64,000 nucleotides of DNA. It comes from Thermoplasmatota archaeon (lineage in GTDB: Archaea > Thermoplasmatota > Penumbrarchaeia > Penumbrarchaeales > Penumbrarchaeaceae). Made by a program: the position numbers and the translations under genes. Location: assembly GCA_049472215.1 (NCBI GenBank), contig JBLIRH010000001.1, positions 43,308-107,307 on the forward strand, given 5' to 3'. Under the pieces are notes generated by a model. The model saw nothing but the letters and a program-made list of their open reading frames with translations. It was not told the DNA's origin and searched no databases. Position 1 is the stretch's first letter. Each line of letters opens with the position of its first letter. Positions 1 through 10,400 of this stretch are shown in pieces.

Positions 1-1
1 T

Positions 2-877
2 GGAATGTATGCTGTTGTCGCCGTTCCCCTCGAGCTTCAATTTGATGATCCCGAACCAGGGAAGCTCGCCCACGGACTTTCCGATTATCCATTCCTTCTT
101 GACCGGCTGTATCCAGGCCGGTTCGGACCCTCCGAACGACGAGGTCTGGTCTATGTCGTCGTTGTCATCACCCTTCGTGAGAAAGCCGCTGTGAGGTTCA
201 AGACCGTTCACCCTGAACTTGTAAAGGATGGTGGCAACGTTCACCTCTTTGTCCCCCCCTCCAGGCCTCCTGGGCCATTCGTAGTTCTCGATCGTGAACT
301 TCCCCATCACGTTCCGCAGGCCCAGGGAAGGCACGTCGTAGCCCCCTCCCAGTCCTGTCTCGTTGTTGTACGAACTGGAGTTGAACTGGATCCAGATCAC
401 GGCACGGTGTATTATGGCGGTCCTCGTGTCGTTGCCGTTGGGTCGGAAGATTATAACGTCCCCGTAGGAATTGTAGGAGCGGTATCCGGATTCAACACCC
501 TGGACGTAGGTTACGGGGAGTTCGTCCTCCCCCAGCTTCTTCACGAAAACGAGGTCGCCCGTGTCGATGACCCCGAGGGAAGAGGTCTCGTCCGAATGCT
601 GCATCGATCCTGACTGAACGACCACCAGAGGGGGCCAGTTCCCGGTGTAGGTATACAGAGCCCCGATGATGATCAGAAGAACTATGAGCGCTCCGATGAA
701 ATCGAAGATGAAGGATCTGGATTCCTTCCAGACCCTAATGCGCAGGGGTTCCTTTTCTTCCCCTATTACCTCAAGCTCCCTGCCCCTGGGTCCCCTGGAG
801 GTCCTCTCCGGACCCCTTTCAGGACCACCGCTCCTGAACCTGGGCCCAGGGCCTCTGTCATCTCGGGTGCTGGCCAT
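2..877 (-). CDS. Signal peptidase I (S26/Sec11-like), 3' end truncated by the window edge
   Basis: Absent from the ORF track; translated by hand from ATG 877. TM segment followed by WPPLVVVQSGSMQH (catalytic Ser), LGVIDTGDLVFVKK, IIHRA (His), FLTKGDDN, EWIIGKSVGELPWFG; frame stays open to the window edge. Confidence 0.88.
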   Translation of the reverse strand, partial: MASTRDDRGPGPRFRSGGPERGPERTSRGPRGRELEVIGEEKEPLRIRVWKESRSFIFDFIGALIVLLIIIGALYTYTGNWPPLVVVQSGSMQHSDETSSLGVIDTGDLVFVKKLGEDELPVTYVQGVESGYRSYNSYGDVIIFRPNGNDTRTAIIHRAVIWIQFNSSSYNNETGLGGGYDVPSLGLRNVMGKFTIENYEWPRRPGGGDKEVNVATILYKFRVNGLEPHSGFLTKGDDNDDIDQTSSFGGSEPAWIQPVKKEWIIGKSVGELPWFGIIKLKLEGNGDNSIHS

Positions 878-997
878 TTTCTGCACCGGTCTCGGAGAGG
901 TGTAAGGCCACCGCTATAATAAGTTTTATGCGTGGTAGAAAGCACAGGTGAAGCGCGGCTGGATATGTTTTTATTCCTCCCGCCCCCTATACCGTCC

Positions 998-1936
998 ATG
1001 GATGCCCTCCTGGTCTGCGGGAACCTGAACATGGACACCATTCTTTCGGTCGATTATCTTCCAGAGGAAGGCCAGTCGACCCCGGCAAGGTCCATGAGGA
1101 AGGAGTACGGGGGATGCGGGGGCAATATATCCACAGCTGCCGCCAAACTCGGGGTTCCCGTGATACTTTCCTCGGTCGTCGGAAGTGACTTCGATCCGGG
1201 ATACAGAAAGGTCCTGGAAGAACTTGACATAGACCTCGACCACCTGGTTGTGGACCCGGAACTGCCATCCCCTTTCTGCATTGTACTTTCCGCTCCCGAC
1301 GGGAAACAGGCCTACGCCTTCATGGAAGGTGCGATGGCGGTCCAGAAGGACCTTGCTCCGCCCCTTCCCGTTAAAGACCCGCTCGGATATTGCCATATCG
1401 CCACATCCCACCCGGATTTCTCCATACGAACCGCCCTTGAAATGAAGGAGAACGGGGTTCCCGTAACGTTCGATCCGGGGCAGGAGATATATTTCCGGTG
1501 GAAGGGATCCGAGGTGAAGGAGGTTCTGCTGAACTGCGACCGGTTCATGGGTAACCTCGGGGAGTGGGAGTATCTGCTTGACATCCTCGAGATCCCCTGG
1601 GAGGAGAGAAGTATCGAGGACATTGTCTATCCCTGGTCCGAAAGGATCTTCGATCTGATCGATGAAGCGGTGGTGACGGCGGGCCCCAAGGGATCGATCC
1701 TGATCAGGGAGGGTAATGTCGCATACAGACCGACGGTCGATATTCCGGAACTTGTGGATGCTACCGGAGCCGGAGACGCTTTCAGGGGCGGCTTCTATGC
1801 GGCACTTTTAAGAGGGGTCGCCCCCGAGGAAGCGCTCATTTACGGTAATGCCATGGGGGCTCTTTCCGTAACGAGCAAGGGGCCGCAGGGGTACAAGGCC
1901 AGCTGGGAGAAGCTTCTGGATATGCTGAAAAAGTGA
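998..1936 (+). CDS. PfkB-family carbohydrate/nucleoside kinase
   Basis: GGCGGN N-terminal motif and VDATGAGDAFRGG PfkB signature; likely start is ATG 998 rather than 932. Confidence 0.9.
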   Translation: MDALLVCGNLNMDTILSVDYLPEEGQSTPARSMRKEYGGCGGNISTAAAKLGVPVILSSVVGSDFDPGYRKVLEELDIDLDHLVVDPELPSPFCIVLSAPDGKQAYAFMEGAMAVQKDLAPPLPVKDPLGYCHIATSHPDFSIRTALEMKENGVPVTFDPGQEIYFRWKGSEVKEVLLNCDRFMGNLGEWEYLLDILEIPWEERSIEDIVYPWSERIFDLIDEAVVTAGPKGSILIREGNVAYRPTVDIPELVDATGAGDAFRGGFYAALLRGVAPEEALIYGNAMGALSVTSKGPQGYKASWEKLLDMLKK

Positions 1937-1990
1937 CCTTCTCTCACAGTTTATAAATACGACCTTTCTCAATGGTTTACGCGGGAGAGA

Positions 1991-4396
1991 ATGGGTATCC
2001 AACTGACAGATCGGTCATTTTCGATCTTGATCGTAATGCTGCTGTTTGCCCCGGTCTTGCTGACACACATGGATAGCGGCACCGCTTTTACAAGGAACGA
2101 TCCTCCTTCCGCGACAGGGGAGAACCTTACCGGTCTATGGGTGTACGAGGGAGTATCCAAGATGATCGCGGACCTGGACGATCATGAGCTGTTCACGGAC
2201 CCGGAGAATGATACCCTTTCCTATCTGGCCATTGTGGACCTCTCATCGACGACCTTCAAGGACAGGTCGGAGTTCCTTGTCGTCTGGAGTCGATCGACCA
2301 ATCAACTGTCAGTGATCCAAGACCAGACCACGAACGGAACGGGGAATGTTTCTGTCAGGCTCTACTGCACCGACAGGAGCGAGTTCAACTTGATGACGGA
2401 CCCCTACGTAGACTTCATCATAGAGGTCCGAAATGTCAACGATCTGCCTGCATGGACCGGATCAATGCCACCGGACCTTTTCGTGATGGAAGGCTCCAAC
2501 ACAACATTGCTGGACCCGAAGATCGATCAACTCTTCATAGACGATGAAGGGGACAGTTTAAGGTACATGGCGGTTGCCGATCTCTCATCACCGGAGTACA
2601 ACGACAGCGCCGGTTTCAGGATCAATTGGCTCCAGGCCATTCAGATGTTGGAGGTTGGATTGAACGAGAGCTCGGACTGGTTCGGGAAGGTGCCCGTAAG
2701 GATATTCTGCACCGACCAGATGGAGTTCGTTTTCGATCGGGATGCCTTCGTCGACATCGAGATCGAGGTCCGAAATGTGAACGATCCTCCGAGATGGACG
2801 GGTTATTACCCATGGTATAAGTGTGCCGAGGAGGGTCAACCGATATCCATGATAGATCCGGAGGTGGACAAACTGTTCTACGATCCGGATGGGGACACTC
2901 TTGATTACCTTCCCGTGGCTGATCTCTCATTCCCCGAGTATAACGAGAGTGCCGAGTTCAGGGTCAGGTGGGACAGACCCTCCCGATCCATCGAGGTGAA
3001 GCTGAACGAGAGTTCGGACTGGTTCGGAGCGGTCCCGGTCAGGTTGTATTGCACCGATCAAGGGGGTTTCAATTTCAACAGGGACCCCTTCGTAGACCTC
3101 CATATTACTGTTGCCAATGTAAACGATCCACCCGTCTGGAAGGATATCCCGACATTAAGGGTAATTGAGGATACCGAAATGGAGAACATACTCGACCTTT
3201 CCAAGTATGTTACCGATATTGATAACGATCTTGACGATCTTGATTTCATGATCGAGCGGAACAACAGTCAGCGGAACTTCAGCCTTTGGATCATTCGGGG
3301 TGATAATGACCAAAATTTGCTATCATTCCGCCCCCTGACGGAAAATTGGTACGGTTCTGCGACCATTAATATCACGGTTGATGATGGCAGGATCACCGTT
3401 CCTACCAGCTTTCAACTTGTCGTCGAACCTGTCAACGACCTTCCTTCGATCAGGATCACATCACCAAAGGAAGGGGAAGTGTTAGACGAAGATGTATTCA
3501 GCGTGATCGGCGAAGCTTTCGATAATGAAGGGATCGATCATGTGGAGGTCCTTTTTCAGGGTGAATGGGTCACGGCTGCTGGAAAGGAAAAATGGGGAGT
3601 TACGTTTTGGGCACCGATGATCACGGAAGTAATGAAAGATGTGCTTATAATCGCAAGGGTGTGGGATACGGGAGGCAGATTGGAATATGCTTACGTGAAC
3701 GTCACCTTGAAACCATACGTCCCTCCCCCTGTGGATACCGATGGTGACGGAGTTCCCGATGATGAGGATGATCTTCCGGATGATCCTGCAGCCTCCGTCG
3801 ATACCGATGGCGACGGGTATCCGGACAGATGGAATTCTGGCATGGGACCTGATAATTCCACGACAGGGCTCGTGCTGGACAAGTTTCCCAATGATCCGTT
3901 CGAGTGGATTGATACTGATGGGGACGGCTTTGGGGACAACGGAGATGCTTTTCCACAAGATGCTTTGGAATGGTCGGATACGGATGTTGACGGAGTAGGG
4001 GACAACAGTGATGTTTTCCCGAAGGATCCAGGTGAATCATCCGACACAGACGGTGACGGATTCGGGGACAACGAGGACGCCTTCCCGGACGATCCCGCTG
4101 CAAGCGTGGATAAGGACGGTGACGGTTATCCGGACAGATGGAATACTGGAATGTCCGAAAAGGACTCGACCACCGGTCTGAAACTGGACCATCATCCGGA
4201 TGATCCAATGAAGTGGAAGAAGGAGGATATCATAGAAAGAACTTCGACCCCCGTCCTTATCATGTTCATACTTGGACCTCCGATCCTCTTCGTATTGGTC
4301 GTGGCAGTACTTCTCTATCTACTGAGGAGTTCAAAGGGAGACGAGATCGTTCCGATCCCCGGGAACGAGGGAGAGCTTACAGGACCTGAGGAATAA
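1991..4396 (+). CDS. Membrane-anchored surface protein with cadherin-like repeats and thrombospondin type-3-like Ca-binding repeats
   Basis: Signal peptide; repeated (N)VNDxP linkers; Ig-like domain; many DTDGDGxGD repeats; C-terminal TM helix. Confidence 0.8.
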   Translation: MGIQLTDRSFSILIVMLLFAPVLLTHMDSGTAFTRNDPPSATGENLTGLWVYEGVSKMIADLDDHELFTDPENDTLSYLAIVDLSSTTFKDRSEFLVVWSRSTNQLSVIQDQTTNGTGNVSVRLYCTDRSEFNLMTDPYVDFIIEVRNVNDLPAWTGSMPPDLFVMEGSNTTLLDPKIDQLFIDDEGDSLRYMAVADLSSPEYNDSAGFRINWLQAIQMLEVGLNESSDWFGKVPVRIFCTDQMEFVFDRDAFVDIEIEVRNVNDPPRWTGYYPWYKCAEEGQPISMIDPEVDKLFYDPDGDTLDYLPVADLSFPEYNESAEFRVRWDRPSRSIEVKLNESSDWFGAVPVRLYCTDQGGFNFNRDPFVDLHITVANVNDPPVWKDIPTLRVIEDTEMENILDLSKYVTDIDNDLDDLDFMIERNNSQRNFSLWIIRGDNDQNLLSFRPLTENWYGSATINITVDDGRITVPTSFQLVVEPVNDLPSIRITSPKEGEVLDEDVFSVIGEAFDNEGIDHVEVLFQGEWVTAAGKEKWGVTFWAPMITEVMKDVLIIARVWDTGGRLEYAYVNVTLKPYVPPPVDTDGDGVPDDEDDLPDDPAASVDTDGDGYPDRWNSGMGPDNSTTGLVLDKFPNDPFEWIDTDGDGFGDNGDAFPQDALEWSDTDVDGVGDNSDVFPKDPGESSDTDGDGFGDNEDAFPDDPAASVDKDGDGYPDRWNTGMSEKDSTTGLKLDHHPDDPMKWKKEDIIERTSTPVLIMFILGPPILFVLVVAVLLYLLRSSKGDEIVPIPGNEGELTGPEE

Positions 4397-4405
4397 AAAG
4401 AAAGT

Positions 4406-4464
4406 CCCGCTCAGCTCGCCCATCATTCATCATGGTTCAGCCATGTCTCTTGCATCACTGCGGG
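4406..4464 (-). ncRNA. Box C/D 2'-O-methylation guide sRNA
   Basis: Minus strand reads CCCGC-A-GTGATGC (box C variant)-AAGAGACATGG-CTGA (D')-ACC-ATGATGA (C')-ATGATGGGCGAG-CTGA (D)-GCGGG. It has a 5-bp terminal stem, 11-12-nt guides, an upstream TTAAATA (4486-4492) and a downstream T-tract. Confidence 0.85.
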
Positions 4465-4586
4465 GTCGCAGTATCCGCATGTTTCTATTTAATGCCTCCA
4501 TAAACAGAGAACACCGCCTCGCAACTTATCGCTATGTAGATTATGTATCGAAAAGTATTATATCCGAACAACTTTTAGGCCGGAAC

Positions 4587-5351
4587 GTGAACCGGGTACT
4601 GGATCATATTCGAGATCGTCTGGAGGACGGCCCCCTCCATGTTACTTTGATAGACCCGGATAAACAGGAACCCGAAAAAGCGTCGGAGATGGTCCGGGAG
4701 GCCGGGTCCGGAGGCACTCACATCATACTCGTAGGGGGGACGATGGGGGTCGACCATCCAAAGCTCGAGGGAACCCTGGCGGCGGTCACGAAGGTCACGG
4801 ACCTGCCGGTCGTGTTGTTCCCCGCTTCCGCCGATGTCATATCCGGGAACGCGGATGCCATTCTTTTCATGTCATTGATGAACTCCCGGAACGTTAATTA
4901 CGTGATCAGGGAGGCTGCCAGGGCTTCCTCGAAGATCTCCGAGATGGGATTGGAGACCCTTTCCGTCGGATATATCGTGGTCTCCCCGGGCGCCCTAGTC
5001 GGAGAGGTCGGTGATGTGGACCTGATCTCCAGGGACGACACATCAGCGGCAGTCAGCTATGCCATGGCCGCTCAGATGTTCGGTATGGATTTCGTCTATC
5101 TCGAGGGCGGCTCCGGAGTGGAGGAACCCATTCCAGACAGGATCATAGAGAGCGTTCGCTCCGCGGTGGACATACCTGTTATCGTTGGCGGGGGCATCAG
5201 GACTCCCGAAACGGCGCGGAAGGTCATTCTCTCGGGGGCGGACATCATCGTTACCGGAACGCTCATAGAGAGCGAAGAGGACACCACTTCTTCACTCAAG
5301 AAGATGATCTCTTCCATGGAGGAAGGGTGGAGGGAGAGGAAGTGGGGATAA
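4587..5351 (+). CDS. Geranylgeranylglyceryl phosphate synthase (PcrB/GGGPS family)
   Basis: HVTLIDPDK, ILVGG, YLEGGSG, VGGGIR motifs; likely start GTG 4587, since the longer ORF extension overlaps the sRNA. Confidence 0.92.
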   Translation: MNRVLDHIRDRLEDGPLHVTLIDPDKQEPEKASEMVREAGSGGTHIILVGGTMGVDHPKLEGTLAAVTKVTDLPVVLFPASADVISGNADAILFMSLMNSRNVNYVIREAARASSKISEMGLETLSVGYIVVSPGALVGEVGDVDLISRDDTSAAVSYAMAAQMFGMDFVYLEGGSGVEEPIPDRIIESVRSAVDIPVIVGGGIRTPETARKVILSGADIIVTGTLIESEEDTTSSLKKMISSMEEGWRERKWG

Positions 5352-5863
5352 CCTCCTCTTATATCATCAAGACCCCGCTCGGTCTTCTGAGAGCAGTATT
5401 TTCGGAAAAAGGTCTCAAATCGCTTTCCCTTGTCCCGCAAGAGCAGGGTTCTGATTTCTCCGGTCTCTACGATAACGAGGGAGGCGAGCGGCTTGCCGCT
5501 CTCAAGACATACATCAACGATCACTTCTACGGAAGGGACCCCGGAAGGAGAGATATTGAACTCGATATGGAGGGTGTTTCCCCCTTCAGAGAACGTGTTT
5601 ACAAAGCACTGATGGAGGTCCCGTTCGGGGAAGTCGTAACATACGGCGAGCTTGCGGATAGAGCGGGGTGCCCCGGGGGGGCGAGGGCTGTGGGAAACGC
5701 TATGAACTCGAACCCGTACCTTCTGATAGTCCCCTGCCATAGAGTGGTGGCTTCGGGTTCCGGTAGGGGTAAATCAGGTCTCGGAGGTTTCGGAGCCGGC
5801 CTGGACGCAAAACGTTTCCTCCTCCGGCTCGAAGGTCATCAGGATGACATTAATGGCCTCTAA
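5342..5863 (+). CDS. ogt: Methylated-DNA--protein-cysteine methyltransferase
   Basis: TYGELA...ARAVGNAM..NP...IVPCHRVV active-site motif; start GTG 5342 or 5327. Confidence 0.93.
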   Translation: MGITSSYIIKTPLGLLRAVFSEKGLKSLSLVPQEQGSDFSGLYDNEGGERLAALKTYINDHFYGRDPGRRDIELDMEGVSPFRERVYKALMEVPFGEVVTYGELADRAGCPGGARAVGNAMNSNPYLLIVPCHRVVASGSGRGKSGLGGFGAGLDAKRFLLRLEGHQDDINGL

Positions 5864-5904
5864 ATGCAAATGAGGACCATATGTTTTTATATACACTAAC
5901 AATT

Positions 5905-5937
5905 TTAGGGTTGCCGAAAGAAATCAATTAACCCTAA
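5905..5937. promoter_or_regulatory. Putative DtxR/MntR-family operator upstream of feoA
   Basis: TTAGGGTTGCCGAA resembles TTAGG-N4-CCTAA; TTAGGGTT (5905-5912) and AACCCTAA (5930-5937) form an inverted repeat between a TTTATATA box and the feoA start. Confidence 0.55.
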
Positions 5938-5947
5938 CGGTGTAGCC

Positions 5948-6190
5948 ATGAACCCGATATATCTTCCCAAGACCAGACGCCCCCTCTCCCATGCGAAGGA
6001 GGGAGAGAAGGTTACCGTGAGGGAGGTCAACGGAGGCAGGGGGGTCAACAAGAGGCTTTCCGAGCTCGGCATCGGTGTTGGCTCCACCATGACCGTCGTC
6101 CAGAACGGCGGCGGTCCGGTGATAGTTTGCTACGGGGACTGCAGGATGGCCCTCGGCCACGGAGTTTCCATGAAGATACTGGTTGAGTGA
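5948..6190 (+). CDS. feoA: FeoA-family ferrous iron transport protein A
   Basis: 80 aa; KRLSELGIGVGSTMTVV...GPVIV...RMALG FeoA pattern. Confidence 0.88.
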   Translation: MNPIYLPKTRRPLSHAKEGEKVTVREVNGGRGVNKRLSELGIGVGSTMTVVQNGGGPVIVCYGDCRMALGHGVSMKILVE

Positions 6191-6270
6191 CGACGGATTT
6201 TAATAATGTCACCTTTCTCAGATATTTGTTAATAATAACCAGCCCTTTCTAGTTAGAGGAGCGGAGAGAT

Positions 6271-7368
6271 TTGAGAGAGGAAATCGTACCCTTTCTCTGT
6301 TTAATACTGACATTATATGGGGCTATCGCCGGATGCATCGAAACCCCCGATAAAGTCGATGATACGGATATTCAGAGGACATTCGACCTGAGGAACCACA
6401 CGATCCATGATGTGACAGAGGGCATAATCGTTCCTATTTCAGATGAGAACCTTCAGCTATTAAAGGTCGACTTGGAGATCCGGCCTTCTTTTTGGACATG
6501 CATGGTCTTCAATTACGATTTTCACATAAATTCAAGTTATTTCATTTATAATCCCTCATCCAAAAATGCGAGATCGAGATTGGGATTTCCATGCACATCC
6601 CATGTTCTATCGGGCGATCACTACGAGGAAGAGGACATCCAGGTGACCATCGATGGAAGCGGGATCGATCACTCATGGGCCTATAACGATGATATCTACT
6701 ACCATCCCTCTTTATTGAAAGATAAGAATTCCTCAGAAGAGGTCCGCGGAAGGAACGAACTCATGGGATTCGATGAGAGGATCTCCGAATTCATTCCGAT
6801 TTTCGACATATCCCCGGTCCTCCATAATGAAGGCGTGGAATTTCTGGCCTATTTCAATATTGAGGTCGAGGGAAAGTCGACGGTCCGTATCGACATCGAT
6901 CTTACACATTTCAGCGGTTTCGCCTGCACTGGCGATTGTGACCATTCAAATGGACATCTGAAGTTGGATTTGGACCACTCGGGTCACTGGGATGCACCCC
7001 CGATGTTCGATATAACGATAATGAACAATTCTCAACCGAAGATCACGACTTCGTTGAACGTCACATATGATAGCTCTGTCTATCGTCTCCATGGAAATGA
7101 TACCTCCCTTCCGTTGGATATTCGGATCAGTCCAAGGATCCAAACAGCTGAAGGCTATGTATTTGACGAGTGGGGAGCCCCCCTTCCGGGAGTTGATATC
7201 ATAAGTGATGAGACCGGATCGAGGACAATATCCAATGTGACCGGGTACTTCCGTATCGAGCTCGGGTATTTCTCATCGGAACGAATAACATTTTCCAAAG
7301 TAGGATACGAAGCAATTACACTTAGCTTCATCGATTTCGAGGGAGAGGTCTTCCTAAAGAAAAAATAG
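6271..7368 (+). CDS. Putative lipoprotein/secreted protein with C-terminal carboxypeptidase-regulatory-like domain
   Basis: Hydrophobic N-terminus ending in lipobox-like IAGC; C-terminal GYVFDEWGAPLPGVDI...GYFRI; TTG start. Confidence 0.6.
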   Translation: MREEIVPFLCLILTLYGAIAGCIETPDKVDDTDIQRTFDLRNHTIHDVTEGIIVPISDENLQLLKVDLEIRPSFWTCMVFNYDFHINSSYFIYNPSSKNARSRLGFPCTSHVLSGDHYEEEDIQVTIDGSGIDHSWAYNDDIYYHPSLLKDKNSSEEVRGRNELMGFDERISEFIPIFDISPVLHNEGVEFLAYFNIEVEGKSTVRIDIDLTHFSGFACTGDCDHSNGHLKLDLDHSGHWDAPPMFDITIMNNSQPKITTSLNVTYDSSVYRLHGNDTSLPLDIRISPRIQTAEGYVFDEWGAPLPGVDIISDETGSRTISNVTGYFRIELGYFSSERITFSKVGYEAITLSFIDFEGEVFLKKK

Positions 7369-7397
7369 CGGGGGGACGCCGCGCAGGACCTCCCCCC
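7356..7397 (-). terminator. Hairpin plus T-tract terminator after the ABC operon
   Basis: GGGGGGA...TCCCCCC stem followed on the minus strand by TATTTTTTCTTT, between convergent genes. Confidence 0.5.
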
Positions 7398-7429
7398 TAG
7401 GCAGGTGATGTTGATCGGATTTCCCTACC

Positions 7430-10400
7430 TCATTCATACCTCAGGGCCTCGGCAGGGGTGACGCTCGCCGCCCTCAGACTGGGGAGGATGGTGAAGAGTA
7501 CTGTCGCGCCGAAGGCGACCAGCGCCACGAAACCTACCCTTGCCCAGGGTATCATGAAATCGTATTCCAGCGGTTTGAAGGCATCGTACCAGAGGGTGAA
7601 ACCGATGCCAATCCCGAGGGCGGTTCCCAGCAATATTCCCACGAAGGAGATGAAACCCGCTTCGGTCAGGAACGAGGAGGTGACCCCCCTCTTGATGAAG
7701 CCTATCGCCCTCATCATGCCGATCTCCTGCCTCCTCTCGTGCACCGCTCTCAGAGTGATGATGCCCAGACCGGCGATACCGACGATCAGGCCCAGTCCCA
7801 TGAACGCCATGAAAAGGTCGAAGAACTGGTTCATGGACCTCGTGAAGCCCTCGATCTCGGTCTTGAGGACTATCATGTTGATCCCCAGCTCCTTCTCCAT
7901 GACCTTTGCCAGCCCGTCGGCGTCCTGCCCGTCCCCGAGAACGAACAGGAACGAGGTCGCATTCTCGATCCCGAGCTCATCTCTGGTGAACTCGCTGCTG
8001 ATGAAGATCCCCGGCATGATGAACTCGTCAAGTATGCCGGCAACCGTCTTGTTCACAACCCTCCCGTCCGCCAGTCTCAGTTCGATCTGCCCCCCTACCT
8101 TGATATCGGAACCCATGAAGGGCGTCGGAGGGCCCATGTTCTGCACGCCGCTGAAGGAATTATCGAGAACGACAAGGTCGCTGTCCTCGGTCACTGCCTT
8201 CCAGACCTCTTCCCCGCTCCCGTACCCCTCCATGTATTCCGTGAACGTCCAACCGCAGCTGTGGAAATTATCCTCCACACCAATGACGAACCATGGGATG
8301 AACAGATCGTCCCCCTCGGTATAACTCGACCTCACGGTCGTGTTCACCTCGGCATATCCGAGGCTCAAGGAGTAGATGTCCTCGAACGGTTCCGTCCCGA
8401 TGGTCGAGTTGTTCTCGAGCTCCAGGTAGATATCCTCGATGGGATTGTTCGGGTTCGATTCGCCGATAAGATCTATGTTGCCAACCTGCTCGGAGGTCAT
8501 CTGTTCGATGTTGTGGGAGATAACTCCCACGATCATGGACATGACCGTTATGGTGAAAATCACCAGGGCGAACATGTAGATCGTCATGCCGGTCCTGAAC
8601 CTGTTCTTCATGGGGTACGAGGAAGCTGTCTTCAAGGAAGCTGTGGGCCTTCCCGTCAGGCTCCAGGCCTTCGTGATCAGACCCAGTATATCATTGGAAT
8701 TATAGAGGAAAAGGATGACCGCGCCCGACACCGTGAAGACACCGGAGAGGAAGAAAACCTCCATGTCGCCTTCATGAAGTCCCGGGAGTATCATGTCGTT
8801 GGGAACTATCCAGTAGACAACAAGCAGAGCTGTTGCCACCGACATGGCGATCCTCTCGCCTATGAACCTTCTCAATACAAGTCCCGATCCGAGTATCGCT
8901 ATGGAGATCCCCAGATGGACGGAAGCTTCCTGGATCCTTTCAAGCCCCAATTCCGGGAATGAAGTGTAGGCCGTAATAAAAAGGACTACACCTGCTATCG
9001 TTGAAACGATCCCCATCACCAGCACTCTCAAGCTCTTGTTGTGCGTCCTGGGCTCAGGAATGTTCCTTATGGCCCTGATGATGTTGAGCTTTGAGATCCT
9101 TTTGGCCGATAAAGAGACCGTGAGGATCGTTATGAGCATGCCGAAGGTGAAGGCGGTCACGACGCTCTGCATGCTGAAGGTGAAGCTGTCAATGATCCCG
9201 GTCGTACCGAAACCATTCTGGAATATCATGTCCAGGAAGACAAGCACCAGATAAGCGACGCCGACCCCCAGGGCTGCTCCCAGTGCAGAGGATATCACCG
9301 CATAGATCGAGCCCTCGTAGACAAATCCCTCCCTGAGATGCTTCCTCCTCATACCGACTGCCCTGGAGATGCCCATCTCGCTTTTCCTCTCCTCACCGAG
9401 CATGACGAAGATGTTTATTATGAGGATGATCCCGGCCAGGATCGAGAAGGAACCGAAGATCAAAAACATCTGGCTGAACTCCGAGATCTCCTCCTTGCCC
9501 TGCTCGACATCCCCGTGTTTCGTTCTCTGAAGTTCGAGGTCGCCGAAAACCACCTCTGAAAGGATGACCTCTATATCCGCCCCGACCTGGTCGCAGTATC
9601 TCTCACCGCTCCTTACCCCTCCATCATTGGTCACCTTGACGATATTGACGGAGTCCCCGGCTCCTAGGACCTCCTGGGCCCTATGAAGCGGTATGAACAC
9701 GGCCCTTTCCATTCCCCAACCTGCCCTTGCATCACCATCGATGATCGTGCTGATCCTGAAGACCACCGGTCCGTTCCTGGTCTGAATGCTGACCATGTCT
9801 CCCTTGTGTGCATCAAGGACCTTTGCCGATCCCTTGTCGATGTAGAGCTCGTTATCCGGTAACTCGAGGGGGACCCTGAGGCCGTTCCTCTCGAAGCTGC
9901 CGAACTCCTTTGATCCCGCATCATACCCAATAAGAGTGAAATCCGCTTCGGCCTGGCCGGAGTTCAGGTCGATGATGCTCACCTTTTCCTGGATCTCTCC
10001 GGTCACAGCCTCCACATTATCGATCGACAGCAGCCTCTCCTGAAGGAGAAGCAGGTCGGTGGAGTTGACATAGGTGAAGGAGCCGTCAGGTTCGGTCCCG
10101 TAGATCACCTCGTCGACCTCTCCGTATATGTCATAGTGATAGCCGACTATCATCTCATCCATGGTGTCGCCGACGACCAGGGAGCTCGAGATTATCACGG
10201 TCCCAACCATCAGGCCGCCGATAACGATGGCGGACAGCCCCTTCCTACGAACGATGTTCCTTGCGCTGATCTTGAAAAGGACAAGGTTCCTGGCGGCGAA
10301 GAGCGAAATGGTAAGGAGTGCGATCCCGACGATCCCGAGGTAGAACCAGACCGGCGGTGAGAAGGCCACCGCTCCGATGAAAGCGACCACCAGGAGGACC

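Noticed and set aside
5..613. 202-aa plus-strand ORF
   Set aside because: Antisense shadow of the minus-strand signal peptidase.
3730..4200. Possible CRISPR or tandem DNA repeat
   Set aside because: Degenerate in-frame coding repeats (DTDGDG), with no identical repeat-spacer structure.
4443..4586. N-terminal extension of GGGP synthase
   Set aside because: Overlaps the C/D sRNA and promoter elements; family similarity starts near GTG 4587.
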